Program-made: the position numbers and the translations under genes | IMG/VR virus record: IMGVR_UViG_3300031994_000023 | Location: 64,001-128,000 of that record | Length of the DNA: 64,000 nucleotides | DNA from: a virus | Lineage: Duplodnaviria; Caudoviricetes | Reading direction: 5' to 3' (one strand) | Notes under the pieces: generated by a model | What the model saw: the letters and a program-made list of their open reading frames with translations, nothing else | Database searches by the model: none | Told to the model about the DNA's origin: nothing | Part shown: positions 9,340 to 19,701 of the stretch, in pieces | Numbering within the stretch: the stretch's first letter is position 1 | Layout: each line of letters starts with the position of its first letter

Positions 9340-10506
9340 TTATGGGTTTCCACCATTACCTGGAGTTATGGAACCACTAGTTCCATGAGTTGCATCATAG
9401 TTTGGATTGTGACTTGGTTGGTCACGGAGTGGCTCGTAAGCGTTTTTGTTGATGTACTCATAGGTACCTTTACCATTGTGGTGGAAGTTAGTGTAGTCAA
9501 CTCCTTCTTCAACGATTTTTGCTTCCGCTTTATCGGTTTCTGGGTGTGCACATACACATACATATGGGTTTTCAAATGCTTGGTCAACTTCCATTGTAAG
9601 TACAAAGTCGGTTAATCTTCTTCTTACATTTCTATCTCTTTCAATAGTTACGTTTTCAAAGATACCATATACAAGGTTGTCTGGGTTTACGAGCATTGCG
9701 GTTGTACCTACTCCTTCTAGAGTGGAGGCTTCATTTAATACAGGTGCCTCTCTGATTTCAATACCTTTGTATGGTCTTGCAATGAAATTGGTGATTGCGT
9801 CGTCACCAACAAGAGTTGGTCTTTCTCCTACTTGGTCTACATAGTCGTCGAAGGTGTCACTGTCAAGGTAGAATCTGAGGTTTCTTCTGTCTCCTCTATA
9901 TTCTTGTGGATATTTTTTGAGCATTTCTTTTAACATGAGTTTGACATCTCCGTCTTCTACTGCGGAACCATCAAAGTCTGTGTCGGCTCCACCACCATAA
10001 ATGTGGTTTCTGCATTTTGCAATCCAACCATTCTGCTCTGTTAATAATGGGTCTACTGTGTCATCATCTGCAAGTAATCTGTTTCCGAGTACTGCATAGG
10101 ATTCCCAGTCCACCCCTGCTTGTCCTGCCATCATGTTGATAAGGGTGTCTTCATATCCATCTCTTTCAATGTTTCTACGAAGGGCTTGGTCTGTGATGGC
10201 AACGTCAGCAATAAGTTCGTTGGCAACAAGTCTTTCTTGTCTTACTTCAGGTTTACTTCTTCTTGGTTTTTCTGTTTCTCTGCCTGGTTCAAGAATACGA
10301 CCTGTGAATCCAGTTCTGTCTATGTTGACTACTTGGTTATTCATCACAATTTGTCTTGCGTCTACTAGTATAGAAGTATCTCTTGTTGCATATTCAACAT
10401 ATTTGTCGAAGTATTCCGGTTGCAGTACACTTGCTCCGAAATTGTCAATTACCATTGATTTGTATGATTCTTCTATTTTATCCATTATGCTTTGTGTGTC
10501 TTCCAT
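9340..10506 (-). CDS. Major capsid protein (HK97 fold)
   Basis: 388 aa; GASVLQPEYFDKYV...ILVDAR...NIER...LVNPDNLVYG pattern; follows the protease gene. Confidence 0.85.
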   Translation of the reverse strand: MEDTQSIMDKIEESYKSMVIDNFGASVLQPEYFDKYVEYATRDTSILVDARQIVMNNQVVNIDRTGFTGRILEPGRETEKPRRSKPEVRQERLVANELIADVAITDQALRRNIERDGYEDTLINMMAGQAGVDWESYAVLGNRLLADDDTVDPLLTEQNGWIAKCRNHIYGGGADTDFDGSAVEDGDVKLMLKEMLKKYPQEYRGDRRNLRFYLDSDTFDDYVDQVGERPTLVGDDAITNFIARPYKGIEIREAPVLNEASTLEGVGTTAMLVNPDNLVYGIFENVTIERDRNVRRRLTDFVLTMEVDQAFENPYVCVCAHPETDKAEAKIVEEGVDYTNFHHNGKGTYEYINKNAYEPLRDQPSHNPNYDATHGTSGSITPGNGGNP

Positions 10507-10735
10507 GATTTGTAAATAATTCTCCTTTTGTTGTATTTTTTTTTGGTTTTTATTTTTTTATTATTTTTTTATACTTCTTTTGGTAGTGGGGTGCTTTATA
10601 CTGTTATCCCTCTCTTTTTGTGACGTTCCATTATTTTTTTTTTAGAGAATATATTTTTTTTGATGAACTATGTAAAAAAAAGGATGGAACACGGTAATAA
10701 CATTGAATCTTATCTTAATCCCCCTTTTTCCAAAT

Positions 10736-12229
10736 CTATTTTTTTCTTAATCTTCTACCGTACACGTCACGGTCACTCATTCTTGAGGTGTACCCTTTTT
10801 TTGATTCTTCTTGAAAACCATCGGATTCTGGATTGATGGCTTTGCTATAGGATTTAATGGATTCTTTCTGGGCTTTTTTGATGTTGCCCATCAAATCAGA
10901 TTTAAATGAAGAGAATTGTTCTTCGAAGATGGATTCAACCATTTCTTTGGTTGCATATTTTTCTATGGGTTCTACCTGTTCATCTTCTTCCTTTTTTTCT
11001 GGTTCTTCTGGTTTTGGTGGTGTTTCTTTGAAACTTCCTGCGAATTCGTAATCATCAAGGGCTTCTTGTATTCCATCAAACACCATCTGCTCAATTTCTT
11101 CTGCGTATCTTTGTAATGTGGTTCTGATGAGGTCTTCTACATCTTCTTGTGCAAGGTATAATACTGATTTTTCAGATTCTTTATTTACACATTTTTTAGA
11201 TTCTTTGCCTTTGCATTTTTCTGATTCTTTTCCACCACATTTCTCTGATTCTTCTTCGGTTACTTTTTCTTTCTGTGCTTCTTTAACTTTACCTTGGCTT
11301 GTTCCACCATTTCCGCCATTGTCTGTTGGCATTTCGGTTTCGGTTTCGTTTTCTCCTTCTCCAGTTGTGGTTGTGGTGTCTCCACTTGTAGTTGTGGTGT
11401 CTCCACCAGTGGTTGTAGAGTCTCCACCGTTACCTCCAGAACCTTCAGTTCCGTCATCTTCTTTTTTAGATTCTTCTGGTGATACTTCTTCTAATTCTTC
11501 AAGGTCTGCTTCACTTTTGTATTCTTTTACACTTTCTTCTTCTACATCTAATCCATCAATGAAAGTGTTTAATTCTGCTTTTATTTTATCTTTAAGACTC
11601 ATGTTTGATTTTGTGTTCTCCTTTAATTTATCTTTGTTTACAATAAGACAAGATTTCCGACAAAATTTGGCTCCGTAAACGCAAGGTTGACGAACTAATG
11701 AAACTGTGAAAGCAACGGGGTCTTTGACATCTTTCATAAGTATTCTTTTAGGTGTTTTTGTGAATGCCTTTTCGCTTTCAATTACACTTTCAGGGATTAG
11801 TAATTCTTTTTGACTTACATAATCCATGATGGCATTGGCGTGACTTCTTTCTTTCACAGTCACACTAAAACCAGTTAGTTGTCCCTTATTGTATAACTTC
11901 ATTGCCTCAGGGTCGGTAATTTTTACGCTAATTATCCATGTCCCTTGGGGGTATTTTCGATTAAATCCATCTAATCCTTTGAGGTATAGTTCATCTTCAC
12001 TGATGTAACTGTTAAGTAGTTTTCCTCTTTGTATTGGTTTCTGATGGTTTATTAATCTTTTAGTGTATTCATGTTGTAAATCTATTATTTTATACTTTTG
12101 AAAACTATCTGCTAACAGTTTTATTTTGTCTGGTGGAAGTACCTCTTCACCGTATTGATATTCACAATCAGGTGCGTATGGTATCAAGACAGGTGCTGTT
12201 ACTACAGGGTATTGTTTTATTTCTGTCAA
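10736..12229 (-). CDS. XkdF-like prohead serine protease fused to an acidic scaffold region
   Basis: VTAPVLIP..PD, IDLQHEY, PQGTWIISVKI, KGQLTGFSV motifs; long acidic low-complexity C-terminus. Confidence 0.85.
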   Translation of the reverse strand: MTEIKQYPVVTAPVLIPYAPDCEYQYGEEVLPPDKIKLLADSFQKYKIIDLQHEYTKRLINHQKPIQRGKLLNSYISEDELYLKGLDGFNRKYPQGTWIISVKITDPEAMKLYNKGQLTGFSVTVKERSHANAIMDYVSQKELLIPESVIESEKAFTKTPKRILMKDVKDPVAFTVSLVRQPCVYGAKFCRKSCLIVNKDKLKENTKSNMSLKDKIKAELNTFIDGLDVEEESVKEYKSEADLEELEEVSPEESKKEDDGTEGSGGNGGDSTTTGGDTTTTSGDTTTTTGEGENETETEMPTDNGGNGGTSQGKVKEAQKEKVTEEESEKCGGKESEKCKGKESKKCVNKESEKSVLYLAQEDVEDLIRTTLQRYAEEIEQMVFDGIQEALDDYEFAGSFKETPPKPEEPEKKEEDEQVEPIEKYATKEMVESIFEEQFSSFKSDLMGNIKKAQKESIKSYSKAINPESDGFQEESKKGYTSRMSDRDVYGRRLRKK

Positions 12230-12292
12230 ATTATTTTAAATCACCCACCTCAGAATTAATGTTCTGGTTAATTCTTTTCTATGTTTTCAGTT

Positions 12293-12892
12293 TTATTCAA
12301 TGTCAACTATGGTCACAGTATACTCTTTATTCTCTGACCAATGAGTTCTAAACCATTTTTCTTTATGTATGTCTTTTACTTTGAATGATTCCGTGTTAAC
12401 CCATGATTCTCCTTCATTAACTGCGTAATCAGTCCATCGAGTGATATTAAAATGTCCTACACGGTTGTTTGTTCTGAAAACAACAAGTTCATCATCAGAG
12501 TCGAACATGAAACTAGCATAGTCTTTTGTTTGTTCTATATGTCTACTGAACGCTTTTAATGGTTTGTTGAAATGGATTGGTTCTCCTTTTTTTATGTCTT
12601 CTTTGGGTACGGATGTTCCCATTATTTCCACCCTCGTCAAATGCTCCAAGTCATGTTCCATATGTGATAACACATATTCCATTTCTTCTTCACCTAATAA
12701 ATCTGATGGTGCAGTACTGTGTCCATGAGCGTCGGGGACGGTTATGTGGTCTTGCCACATTTGGATGATGTGAGTTAAATCTTGGAAGAATTGTGGGGTA
12801 TGTCCTTCAAGAGGTATTTTGTCACCATTTTTCAAGGTAAATGTTTCGTCTGAGAATAATGTGTTCAGAGTGCTGTTTCCTTTACTTGCCAT
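12293..12892 (-). CDS. MASK protein 1: ADP-ribosyltransferase-like (ExE)
   Basis: MASKGNSTLNT start; LTRVE...GEPIHFNKPLKAFS...LVVF...NEGESWV. Confidence 0.55.
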   Translation of the reverse strand: MASKGNSTLNTLFSDETFTLKNGDKIPLEGHTPQFFQDLTHIIQMWQDHITVPDAHGHSTAPSDLLGEEEMEYVLSHMEHDLEHLTRVEIMGTSVPKEDIKKGEPIHFNKPLKAFSRHIEQTKDYASFMFDSDDELVVFRTNNRVGHFNITRWTDYAVNEGESWVNTESFKVKDIHKEKWFRTHWSENKEYTVTIVDIE

Positions 12893-12918
12893 GGTTTTTT
12901 CCACATTATCTTTTTTTT

Positions 12919-13554
12919 TTATTCTAATTCAACAAAAGTAACATTGTAATCAAAATTTGCACCTAATATTTCTTCAAGTTCTCTCATTAATTTTGGGTTT
13001 TCACGGTCTTTGTAATTTTTATTATACACTGCGGTTACTTTGTATTCTCTACGACAATCCAACCACAACTCTTGCTCATGTTTCACCACTGACCAATCAT
13101 ATGTTTTAAAGTAGGATGGATTTCCTTTCACTTTGAATATGACTAACTCATCATCTGGTTGAAATGTTGATTCCATGTAATCTTGAGTGCCATGTTCAGT
13201 TTCACTAAACGCTTTTAATGGTTTGTTAAATTTGATGTTTTTTCCAATTACAAAATCTTCCTTAGGGACACTTGTGCCAATTTGTTCTACTCGAGTAATA
13301 CTTTCACGGTCATTTTGCATGTGTTCATAAACATATTTTAATTGGTCGTCGGTTAAGATGTCGGAGGGTGCAGCACTGTGTCCGAATGCATCGGGGACAT
13401 CTTCGTGAAGAATCCATCTGCCTATCGCTTCATATAAATCTGGATGTTTTTTAATTTGTTCTCGTATGTGTTCGGGGAAATAACTTTCAACACCTTGGAT
13501 TATGTTATCTGAGTCATATGTGTTTAGTACGGTTTCACTGTATTTACTTGCCAT
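12919..13554 (-). CDS. MASK protein 2: ADP-ribosyltransferase-like (ExE), paralog of protein 1
   Basis: MASKYSETVLNT; ITRVE...IGKNIKFNKPLKAFS...LVIFKVKG...HEQELWL. Confidence 0.55.
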   Translation of the reverse strand: MASKYSETVLNTYDSDNIIQGVESYFPEHIREQIKKHPDLYEAIGRWILHEDVPDAFGHSAAPSDILTDDQLKYVYEHMQNDRESITRVEQIGTSVPKEDFVIGKNIKFNKPLKAFSETEHGTQDYMESTFQPDDELVIFKVKGNPSYFKTYDWSVVKHEQELWLDCRREYKVTAVYNKNYKDRENPKLMRELEEILGANFDYNVTFVELE

Positions 13555-13565
13555 ATCTTTTTGAT

Positions 13566-14168
13566 TCACTTATCTTCTTGTTCAATATATATCAAGCGGA
13601 TGGGTTTGTTATTGAGTATTTTTTGGTCATCCTCATCCCTAAACAAGGATGGTGGAAAATAATCTTTGTATTTTGTGGTTTCAATTTTTTTTACAACCCA
13701 GTTTTCTGAAGGTACAAATGTTTCTGATTGATGTGCAAAGGGAACACCATCCAATGGGAAATTAGGTGTTCCTTTGGGTGCAACTAGAATATCTAATGTT
13801 GGATACTGCTCAAAATACTTCTTTCTCGAACCTAAAACCCAATCGTCAACTACAAAATTTTGGAAGTTTTGTTTGTCATAACTGAATGATGACATGTCTC
13901 TACGAGTGAAGGGAACTGTATCCCCTACTTGTAGCTGGGAATATTTGGTAGGTGAACGATTTCTTAATTCTTCCATGGTAGGGTAAGTGAAACGGTATAA
14001 TTCATCTTTAGAAGGTTCCATTAATTCTCTCATCAAAGGGATTAATTCTTTAAAGTGTTCATTAAAGTTGGTACCATATTCATACACCCATTTATCAAAT
14101 TCCCAGTGTTCCTCCACAAATGCTTCACTTGCCTCCGAGTTCAGTGTAGTGTTTCCTTTACTTGCCAT
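13566..14168 (-). CDS. MASK protein 3: ADP-ribosyltransferase-like (R-S-QxE)
   Basis: MASKGNTTLNS; LYRF...VGDTVPF...MSSFS...ILVAPKGT...HQSETFV. Confidence 0.65.
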   Translation of the reverse strand: MASKGNTTLNSEASEAFVEEHWEFDKWVYEYGTNFNEHFKELIPLMRELMEPSKDELYRFTYPTMEELRNRSPTKYSQLQVGDTVPFTRRDMSSFSYDKQNFQNFVVDDWVLGSRKKYFEQYPTLDILVAPKGTPNFPLDGVPFAHQSETFVPSENWVVKKIETTKYKDYFPPSLFRDEDDQKILNNKPIRLIYIEQEDK

Positions 14169-14249
14169 ATACTTGAATTTTTTTTTGATAATGAAATGAA
14201 TATTTTTATATACTCTTGTTTTGTAATATATTATTAGGTGAAATAGAAT

Positions 14250-14549
14250 TTGACAACTTTAAAATATTTTTTAGACAGATTTAAGTGTAAGAATAGATTT
14301 GCAGATAACGTGGAAGCAATTGAGTTGGGTGATGTACAATTTGATGACATGTCATATGGTGACAATGTTATATTGTTCACAAACTCTGAAAACAATGAGG
14401 TGGTTCTGAGAATTGACTTAGACCGAAGAGACATATATCTTTACACGGTTATAAACGAAAAAGAAGTGAAAGTATCTCGTTGGTTAATCCATAACCAAGA
14501 CACACAAAAACTCACAATAACAGTACCAAGAGAACGAGTGAACATGTAA
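14250..14549 (+). CDS. Small plus-strand protein convergent on a peptidase (candidate immunity)
   Basis: Upstream TTTATATA and AGGTGA SD; N-term MTTLKYFLDRF resembles the other convergent genes. Confidence 0.6.
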   Translation: MTTLKYFLDRFKCKNRFADNVEAIELGDVQFDDMSYGDNVILFTNSENNEVVLRIDLDRRDIYLYTVINEKEVKVSRWLIHNQDTQKLTITVPRERVNM

Positions 14550-14609
14550 AAAAAAAGACCCGACCCCACCACACACCATCCACCCCCACCCCATGATACA
14601 AAGAGGGGA

Positions 14610-15449
14610 TTATCCTTTTTTTCTATCGAATTCATAAAAGAAACCACGAACAACTTCAAAAACATCTTCATCTGTTTTACAATCAAGAATAGTGTTCGCA
14701 ACCCTATCCAGATTCGGATTCATCCTCTTCCATTGAGCATAGGATACGGGCTCAGAATACTGATTACCATTTGGATTAGATACTACTGCCATACTAGGAT
14801 TTGTTCTATGCATCGCAACAATCTTAAAGGCATCTGCCCAATTCTCAGAATACCTATTTTCATAATTTAATTTACTATTTTTATCGAATGTGGCGTTAGC
14901 ATAACCACTTGATTTCTCAGTTTCAGATAGGTTCTTAAACCAATCCATACTAGGAATGTTTCTGAGTTTAGGATGGTCTTCCATACAATGTGCCATCTCA
15001 TGATATAATGTGTTTTGGGGCGAATTATAATTTTGATAAAACAATGATTTATTCCCAATGTACACATCATGAGTTCCATAAGGAACCGACCCATACTCTG
15101 CTAGATAATTCTGAGGGTCATAATCAAAGATAATTTTATCTACATTTTTCTTCATCAAATCTGGTGCCTCATTAACATACCGTAACAGGTCTTCCATAGT
15201 GTATGGTACCTCACCATCATTTTTTCGTTGATAGTATTCTAGATTGTCAAGGTAGTGTGTTGTGAATTCTACAGGTATGCCATCAGGTGATGTGAGGTAT
15301 ATTTTTTTTTCGTCATATGAATTTATTATGTAATTTTGTTGTTTACTCGCTTCGAGCAATAGTTTTGCAGAATTCTTTTTTATGTAGGGATTGTCTAAGA
15401 TGTTAGTTGTAGTTATTGTGTTTAAGATGGTACTTCCTTTACTAGACAT
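14610..15449 (-). CDS. MASK protein 4 (MSSK): zincin metallopeptidase, lethal-factor-like
   Basis: HEMAH...SGYA...SENWADAF. Confidence 0.7.
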   Translation of the reverse strand: MSSKGSTILNTITTTNILDNPYIKKNSAKLLLEASKQQNYIINSYDEKKIYLTSPDGIPVEFTTHYLDNLEYYQRKNDGEVPYTMEDLLRYVNEAPDLMKKNVDKIIFDYDPQNYLAEYGSVPYGTHDVYIGNKSLFYQNYNSPQNTLYHEMAHCMEDHPKLRNIPSMDWFKNLSETEKSSGYANATFDKNSKLNYENRYSENWADAFKIVAMHRTNPSMAVVSNPNGNQYSEPVSYAQWKRMNPNLDRVANTILDCKTDEDVFEVVRGFFYEFDRKKG

Positions 15450-15485
15450 ACTGTTCTTCGTGTTCTCATTTTTCTAGAGGAGTTT

Positions 15486-15878
15486 TTATAATGTGATTCC
15501 TTGTTCTTCTAATTCTTGTATTCTCTGGTTGAGTTCTCTCATTTCATCCCTCACCCTGTTATGTGCTTCCCTTGTTTCATCATATATTCTTTGTCTTCGT
15601 CCGAGTGTTGTGAGTAGTGGTGCGGATTCTCCTCTTACCTGTATCTGTGCCTTGATTTTTTCTAGGTCTTCTCTTGCACCCGCTAATTCGGCTCGGAGGA
15701 CGTTCATTTCAACACCTAAATCCCATACTCTTGCCCATTTATCGTTTAACTCTTGATGAAGTGCTTCTGTTTCAGATGGAATTAACCCTAATTTTCTATT
15801 TAATTCAACAAAATTCAGTTCACTTTCACCAGTTGTTTCTGTTCCATTTCCAGAGTTTCCTGTTCCTTTACTTGCCAT
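15486..15878 (-). CDS. MASK protein 5: coiled-coil
   Basis: MASKGTGNSG; heptad-rich body. Confidence 0.65.
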   Translation of the reverse strand: MASKGTGNSGNGTETTGESELNFVELNRKLGLIPSETEALHQELNDKWARVWDLGVEMNVLRAELAGAREDLEKIKAQIQVRGESAPLLTTLGRRQRIYDETREAHNRVRDEMRELNQRIQELEEQGITL

Positions 15879-15947
15879 GATTTTTTTTTTCCTTTATTTT
15901 CAAAAAACTAAATTTATATAAAAAATATGGGGAATATATTAAGTATT

Positions 15948-16067
15948 ATGACTATTCAAATCAAAGACATAATCAAAAAATATCATACAAACATTGAATT
16001 AACTAAAATGACACCTGAACTTCAAAATGTGGATATATTCCAAGATAATGTTAATGTAAATAATTAA
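15948..16067 (+). pseudogene. 39-aa truncated member of the convergent small-gene family
   Basis: MTIQIKDIIKKYHTNIELTKMTPELQNVDIFQDNVNVNN*; TTTATATA at 15913-15920. Confidence 0.4.
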
Positions 16068-16077
16068 TCACTCGTGG

Positions 16078-16563
16078 TTATAAATTGTATTGTGGATGAA
16101 TAATACTTCTTGCTCTTGATGTTAAGTCTAAATATTCTTTTAATTCGGGTGTGTCATTAATATTTTCTACTTCAAAGGAGCCGTCAAGTTTTTCTTGTAA
16201 ACTGTCCAGTTTACTTCTTGCTTCATTTAATAATGATTTTGTCTCATTATATACTGAGTTATTATATTCTGTGGTGATTAAGGGATGTTCTGCCACCCAC
16301 TGTGTATCTTGTTGTTGTCCTACTGTCCATTGATTTGTATTTTGTTGTCGTTGTAAATCCTGTTCTAAGAAATATAATTCATTTCGAAGGTTATTAACTC
16401 TTTCTTGTTGTTGTGTGTTGTTTCTTACGTTAGCCATATATTCTCCCCATGTGGATTCGGTTTGTGCACCACCTTCACTGTTGAGATATATTGCATAGTC
16501 ATCTATTCCTTCGTCGGTGTATGATGTTCCTCCACCTCCACCGCCTGTTCCTTTACTTGCCAT
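16078..16563 (-). CDS. MASK protein 6 (GIDDY leader), helical body
   Basis: MASKGTGGGGGGTSYTDEGIDDYAIYLNSE. Confidence 0.7.
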   Translation of the reverse strand: MASKGTGGGGGGTSYTDEGIDDYAIYLNSEGGAQTESTWGEYMANVRNNTQQQERVNNLRNELYFLEQDLQRQQNTNQWTVGQQQDTQWVAEHPLITTEYNNSVYNETKSLLNEARSKLDSLQEKLDGSFEVENINDTPELKEYLDLTSRARSIIHPQYNL

Positions 16564-16567
16564 GTTA

Positions 16568-17542
16568 TCATTTTATCTTTTTTAAATCTTTGAAGATTTG
16601 TTCTGCTTCCTCTCTTGTTTTACAATCCCATAGTCTGTTCCCCAATTTTGCAGATTCGGGGAATTCTTTCTCCCAACTATTATAATCCATTAGTTTCACA
16701 TGGTTTCCATTATATTCTGCATAAGTATCGGTAATATAATAACGGTTACCTACTCGTATGCGGGCATCGTCGTATCCGAGCCTATGAGAACCCACAACTT
16801 TCATGATTTCTGCAAGAGATTCTGTGTAATATCTAGGATTCGGTACGCCACGTACCATTTCACCACCGCTCTCATAGTTATATGTGTATGTTCCAGCATA
16901 AGTGGACACATTTTGTTTTTGTGTTTTCATTAATCTTCGGAAAGAGGGGTTGGAGGATAATGTAAATTCGTTTTGGTGTCCTCCATTATAGTCAAAGTTA
17001 TGGGTTATTTCATGAATAATAACACCCCTAACATCCCATGCATCATCTTTTTCATAGGATAAAAATGTTTTTTTGATTTCAACAATTCCATCTCTTTCTG
17101 GTCCATCATAATAACTACTCCCAGTTCTACCACTTAGTTTTACTTCTTTTAATGTCTCTTTGAACAAACTTGGTATTTTATCGATAGTTGTTAAGCAGTC
17201 TTCGAGGGTGGCTTGAGAGTGGGAACTCATACTTTCTTGTCTAAACCCTAATTTACAGTCTACAATGTATGTGCCAGTGTCTGTTTTTCCTTCGAATATT
17301 ACTGTTCCATCACTTTTAATTGTTTGAATAACCATATTCGCACTATTTGCTGATGAAAGAACATTCTGAATGTCTTCTTCTGAGAACTTTTTATATTTTC
17401 TCATTTTTTCGGCTTGTTCTTCATTGTAATTAAGTTCGGATGGTGTGAGAGTATGGTCGTCTTGTAAAATAGGGGAGAAATTAGTTTGATAGTCATCTAA
17501 TGTTAACTGGGTGTTTAATGTTATGTTACCTTTGCTCGCCAT
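16568..17542 (-). CDS. MASK protein 7: zincin metallopeptidase
   Basis: MASKGNITLNT; HEITH...VSTYA...TESLAE. Confidence 0.7.
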   Translation of the reverse strand: MASKGNITLNTQLTLDDYQTNFSPILQDDHTLTPSELNYNEEQAEKMRKYKKFSEEDIQNVLSSANSANMVIQTIKSDGTVIFEGKTDTGTYIVDCKLGFRQESMSSHSQATLEDCLTTIDKIPSLFKETLKEVKLSGRTGSSYYDGPERDGIVEIKKTFLSYEKDDAWDVRGVIIHEITHNFDYNGGHQNEFTLSSNPSFRRLMKTQKQNVSTYAGTYTYNYESGGEMVRGVPNPRYYTESLAEIMKVVGSHRLGYDDARIRVGNRYYITDTYAEYNGNHVKLMDYNSWEKEFPESAKLGNRLWDCKTREEAEQIFKDLKKIK

Positions 17543-17553
17543 GTTCCTTTTAT

Positions 17554-19284
17554 TTAGTCATTACTCCAGTATCCTTTGAAGTCGTTGGGATTTCTTATGT
17601 TTTTTATAACATCTGTGTTTTCACGATGGTCTTTTTCCTCTTCTATGGTTGGTACATTTGGTATCATTCCATAATTTTTGGTTTCATCAAGGTTGTTAGG
17701 GTCTACTGGACTTTCCATACTCTCAGGGTTAATGCCTAGTTGTGCCATTTGTAATTTTGTGGATATGTCATTCATCCACATTTGTTGCTGTTGTCTTTGT
17801 GTGTCAAGACTGTGTGATTCTTGACTCATTCCTGCATTGGCAAACATTAAACTTAATGGTGTTCCTCCGACAAAATATTCATCAAGGTATGGGTTGTCAG
17901 GGTCTGCCACTGCCCCTAATGGTTTTCCAAGGCTTTCACTTATTTGTCTTGGAGTCATCGCTCCCAAACTGAAAAGTATGCTCGCACTTTGAAGGTCACG
18001 GGCGTAGTCTCTTTTGTCAATATCTTCTATTTTGAATAACCATGAGAGGTATTTTTCCCCGTGTAAACGATAATATTCGTCACTGAGTATTTGGTTTACT
18101 ATGTCTTCATTTTTCTTTTTAATTGGTTGAATGATACTTGTGTTGTAAATGTTGGATGATTCTACACTAGTGTTTCCACCGAGACTCCCATTTATTGCCA
18201 TACCTATCCTGTATGGTGGAACTCCATGTGCACTTAGGACTTCGTCACGGTTGTCCGCTCGGTATAATCTGAAACTTGCCTCGTTACTTCCTCCTGCGTT
18301 TAGTTTTGTGAAACTTACATGCACGTTTCCTTCGGTGGATGGTACGAGCATGGCGAAGGCACTGTGAGGATTTTTAACGGCTTGTTCCATGTTTTCCTTA
18401 ATTTTGTATTTAAGGGTTTTTGTTTCATCATAGTCTGGGTCTTCTTCGTCCATCCCTGGGTCGAAGTCTCCTGTGACTGTTACTGCATATGAGGGCATTC
18501 CATAATTTTGGAAGAAACTACTGTTAAATCGGCTTCTTCCAAGGTCTCCGAAGATGGCTCTTATGACTGGTACTACTTTTGCACTTCCATATACTGGTGC
18601 GTGTGGTGCATAGTTTACTCCCCATATTAATTCGTTTGCTCTTTCGCTTGGGTCTAAACTGTTGTATTCGACTTGTTCTCCAGTGTCACAGTCGACATCG
18701 AATTTGACTCCATCGGGTGTGGTGTTTTTTCCATATAATATGAACCATCTATGTTTTTTTCCAACTCTTTGTAATACTCGTACTCCGTCTCGGTGTACTT
18801 TCATGTTGAATATGGGTGTGGGGTTAAGGTCGACTATGTCGCTTTCACTTGTGTTCCTTCTGAGAATTTCCATGCATCCACACCCGAGAGCTCTTTTATC
18901 ATAACAGAATCTGTATAATGCCGTGTTTATGGGTGTGTATAATTGTAGTAGGAAATCTTCTATGAATTGTTTCTGGTTTTTTGCTTCGTTAGATTCGTCT
19001 TCCACTTGGTTTCGTGGGACTAAACTGTACCCATATCCACTGGCGTCTTCCGCTACGACTTCGCAACATCTTCTATGGTATGTGTTGTTGTCTAATAATT
19101 CGCAGAGTCTTCTTAAATTATATTGGGGTCGTTTAAATTCGGCGTAATCGTATCCGTCATCATCGACTGCCTTCGTTCTTGCACGTGCTTCGTCCTCTTT
19201 GATAACATACCTGTCTAAGACACTTTTTTCTATTACTTCCCAGTCATTGTTTTTTTGGGTAACTACAAATTGTTCTATTGCCAT
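17554..19284 (-). CDS. Portal protein (PBSX-like)
   Basis: FFQNYGMPSY, EASF..YR..NRDEVLSAHGVPPYRIG...SLGG motifs. Confidence 0.9.
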   Translation of the reverse strand: MAIEQFVVTQKNNDWEVIEKSVLDRYVIKEDEARARTKAVDDDGYDYAEFKRPQYNLRRLCELLDNNTYHRRCCEVVAEDASGYGYSLVPRNQVEDESNEAKNQKQFIEDFLLQLYTPINTALYRFCYDKRALGCGCMEILRRNTSESDIVDLNPTPIFNMKVHRDGVRVLQRVGKKHRWFILYGKNTTPDGVKFDVDCDTGEQVEYNSLDPSERANELIWGVNYAPHAPVYGSAKVVPVIRAIFGDLGRSRFNSSFFQNYGMPSYAVTVTGDFDPGMDEEDPDYDETKTLKYKIKENMEQAVKNPHSAFAMLVPSTEGNVHVSFTKLNAGGSNEASFRLYRADNRDEVLSAHGVPPYRIGMAINGSLGGNTSVESSNIYNTSIIQPIKKKNEDIVNQILSDEYYRLHGEKYLSWLFKIEDIDKRDYARDLQSASILFSLGAMTPRQISESLGKPLGAVADPDNPYLDEYFVGGTPLSLMFANAGMSQESHSLDTQRQQQQMWMNDISTKLQMAQLGINPESMESPVDPNNLDETKNYGMIPNVPTIEEEKDHRENTDVIKNIRNPNDFKGYWSND

Positions 19285-19377
19285 GGTTATCTAGTTTAAT
19301 AGTATATATATGATAAAGTTTATAAGTAAAAAATATGATTAGATTCTCTTTTTTTATATAGATGAGGTGATTTGTTA

Positions 19378-19701
19378 ATGGTTAAAATAAAAGAATTAAT
19401 TAGTGAAACGGGCATTGATGTGAATGTTACAGATGCACTGTTGGAGTTGGAACCTATTAAAAAGTTCAAACTATTAAAATATGATAAAAGTAATATACAT
19501 GGACACAGATTCAAAGGAATTAGCAGTGAAGAGGGTGAAGAATACCGAGTAGTGATTGAAGTAAACGAACACTTTCAATCAATAACCCTAATAGAATACA
19601 AAGAAAAAGTAATTAAAAACAGATGGAACAAGGATGGAATATGGGACAACCCCCAACTACATTACATGCCAACACAAAACGAACTAAAACCTCACCCATA
19701 A
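19378..19701 (+). CDS. Small plus-strand protein convergent on a peptidase (candidate immunity)
   Basis: GAGGTGAT SD before the ATG; MVKIKELISETGIDVNVTDALLELE; 3' end overlaps the peptidase stop. Confidence 0.65.
   Translation: MVKIKELISETGIDVNVTDALLELEPIKKFKLLKYDKSNIHGHRFKGISSEEGEEYRVVIEVNEHFQSITLIEYKEKVIKNRWNKDGIWDNPQLHYMPTQNELKPHP

Noticed and set aside
11160-11440. Short tandem repeats that could be mistaken for a CRISPR-like array
   Set aside because: In-frame low-complexity coding repeats (KESEKC, GDTTTT) without unique spacers; no CRISPR array was seen anywhere in the window.
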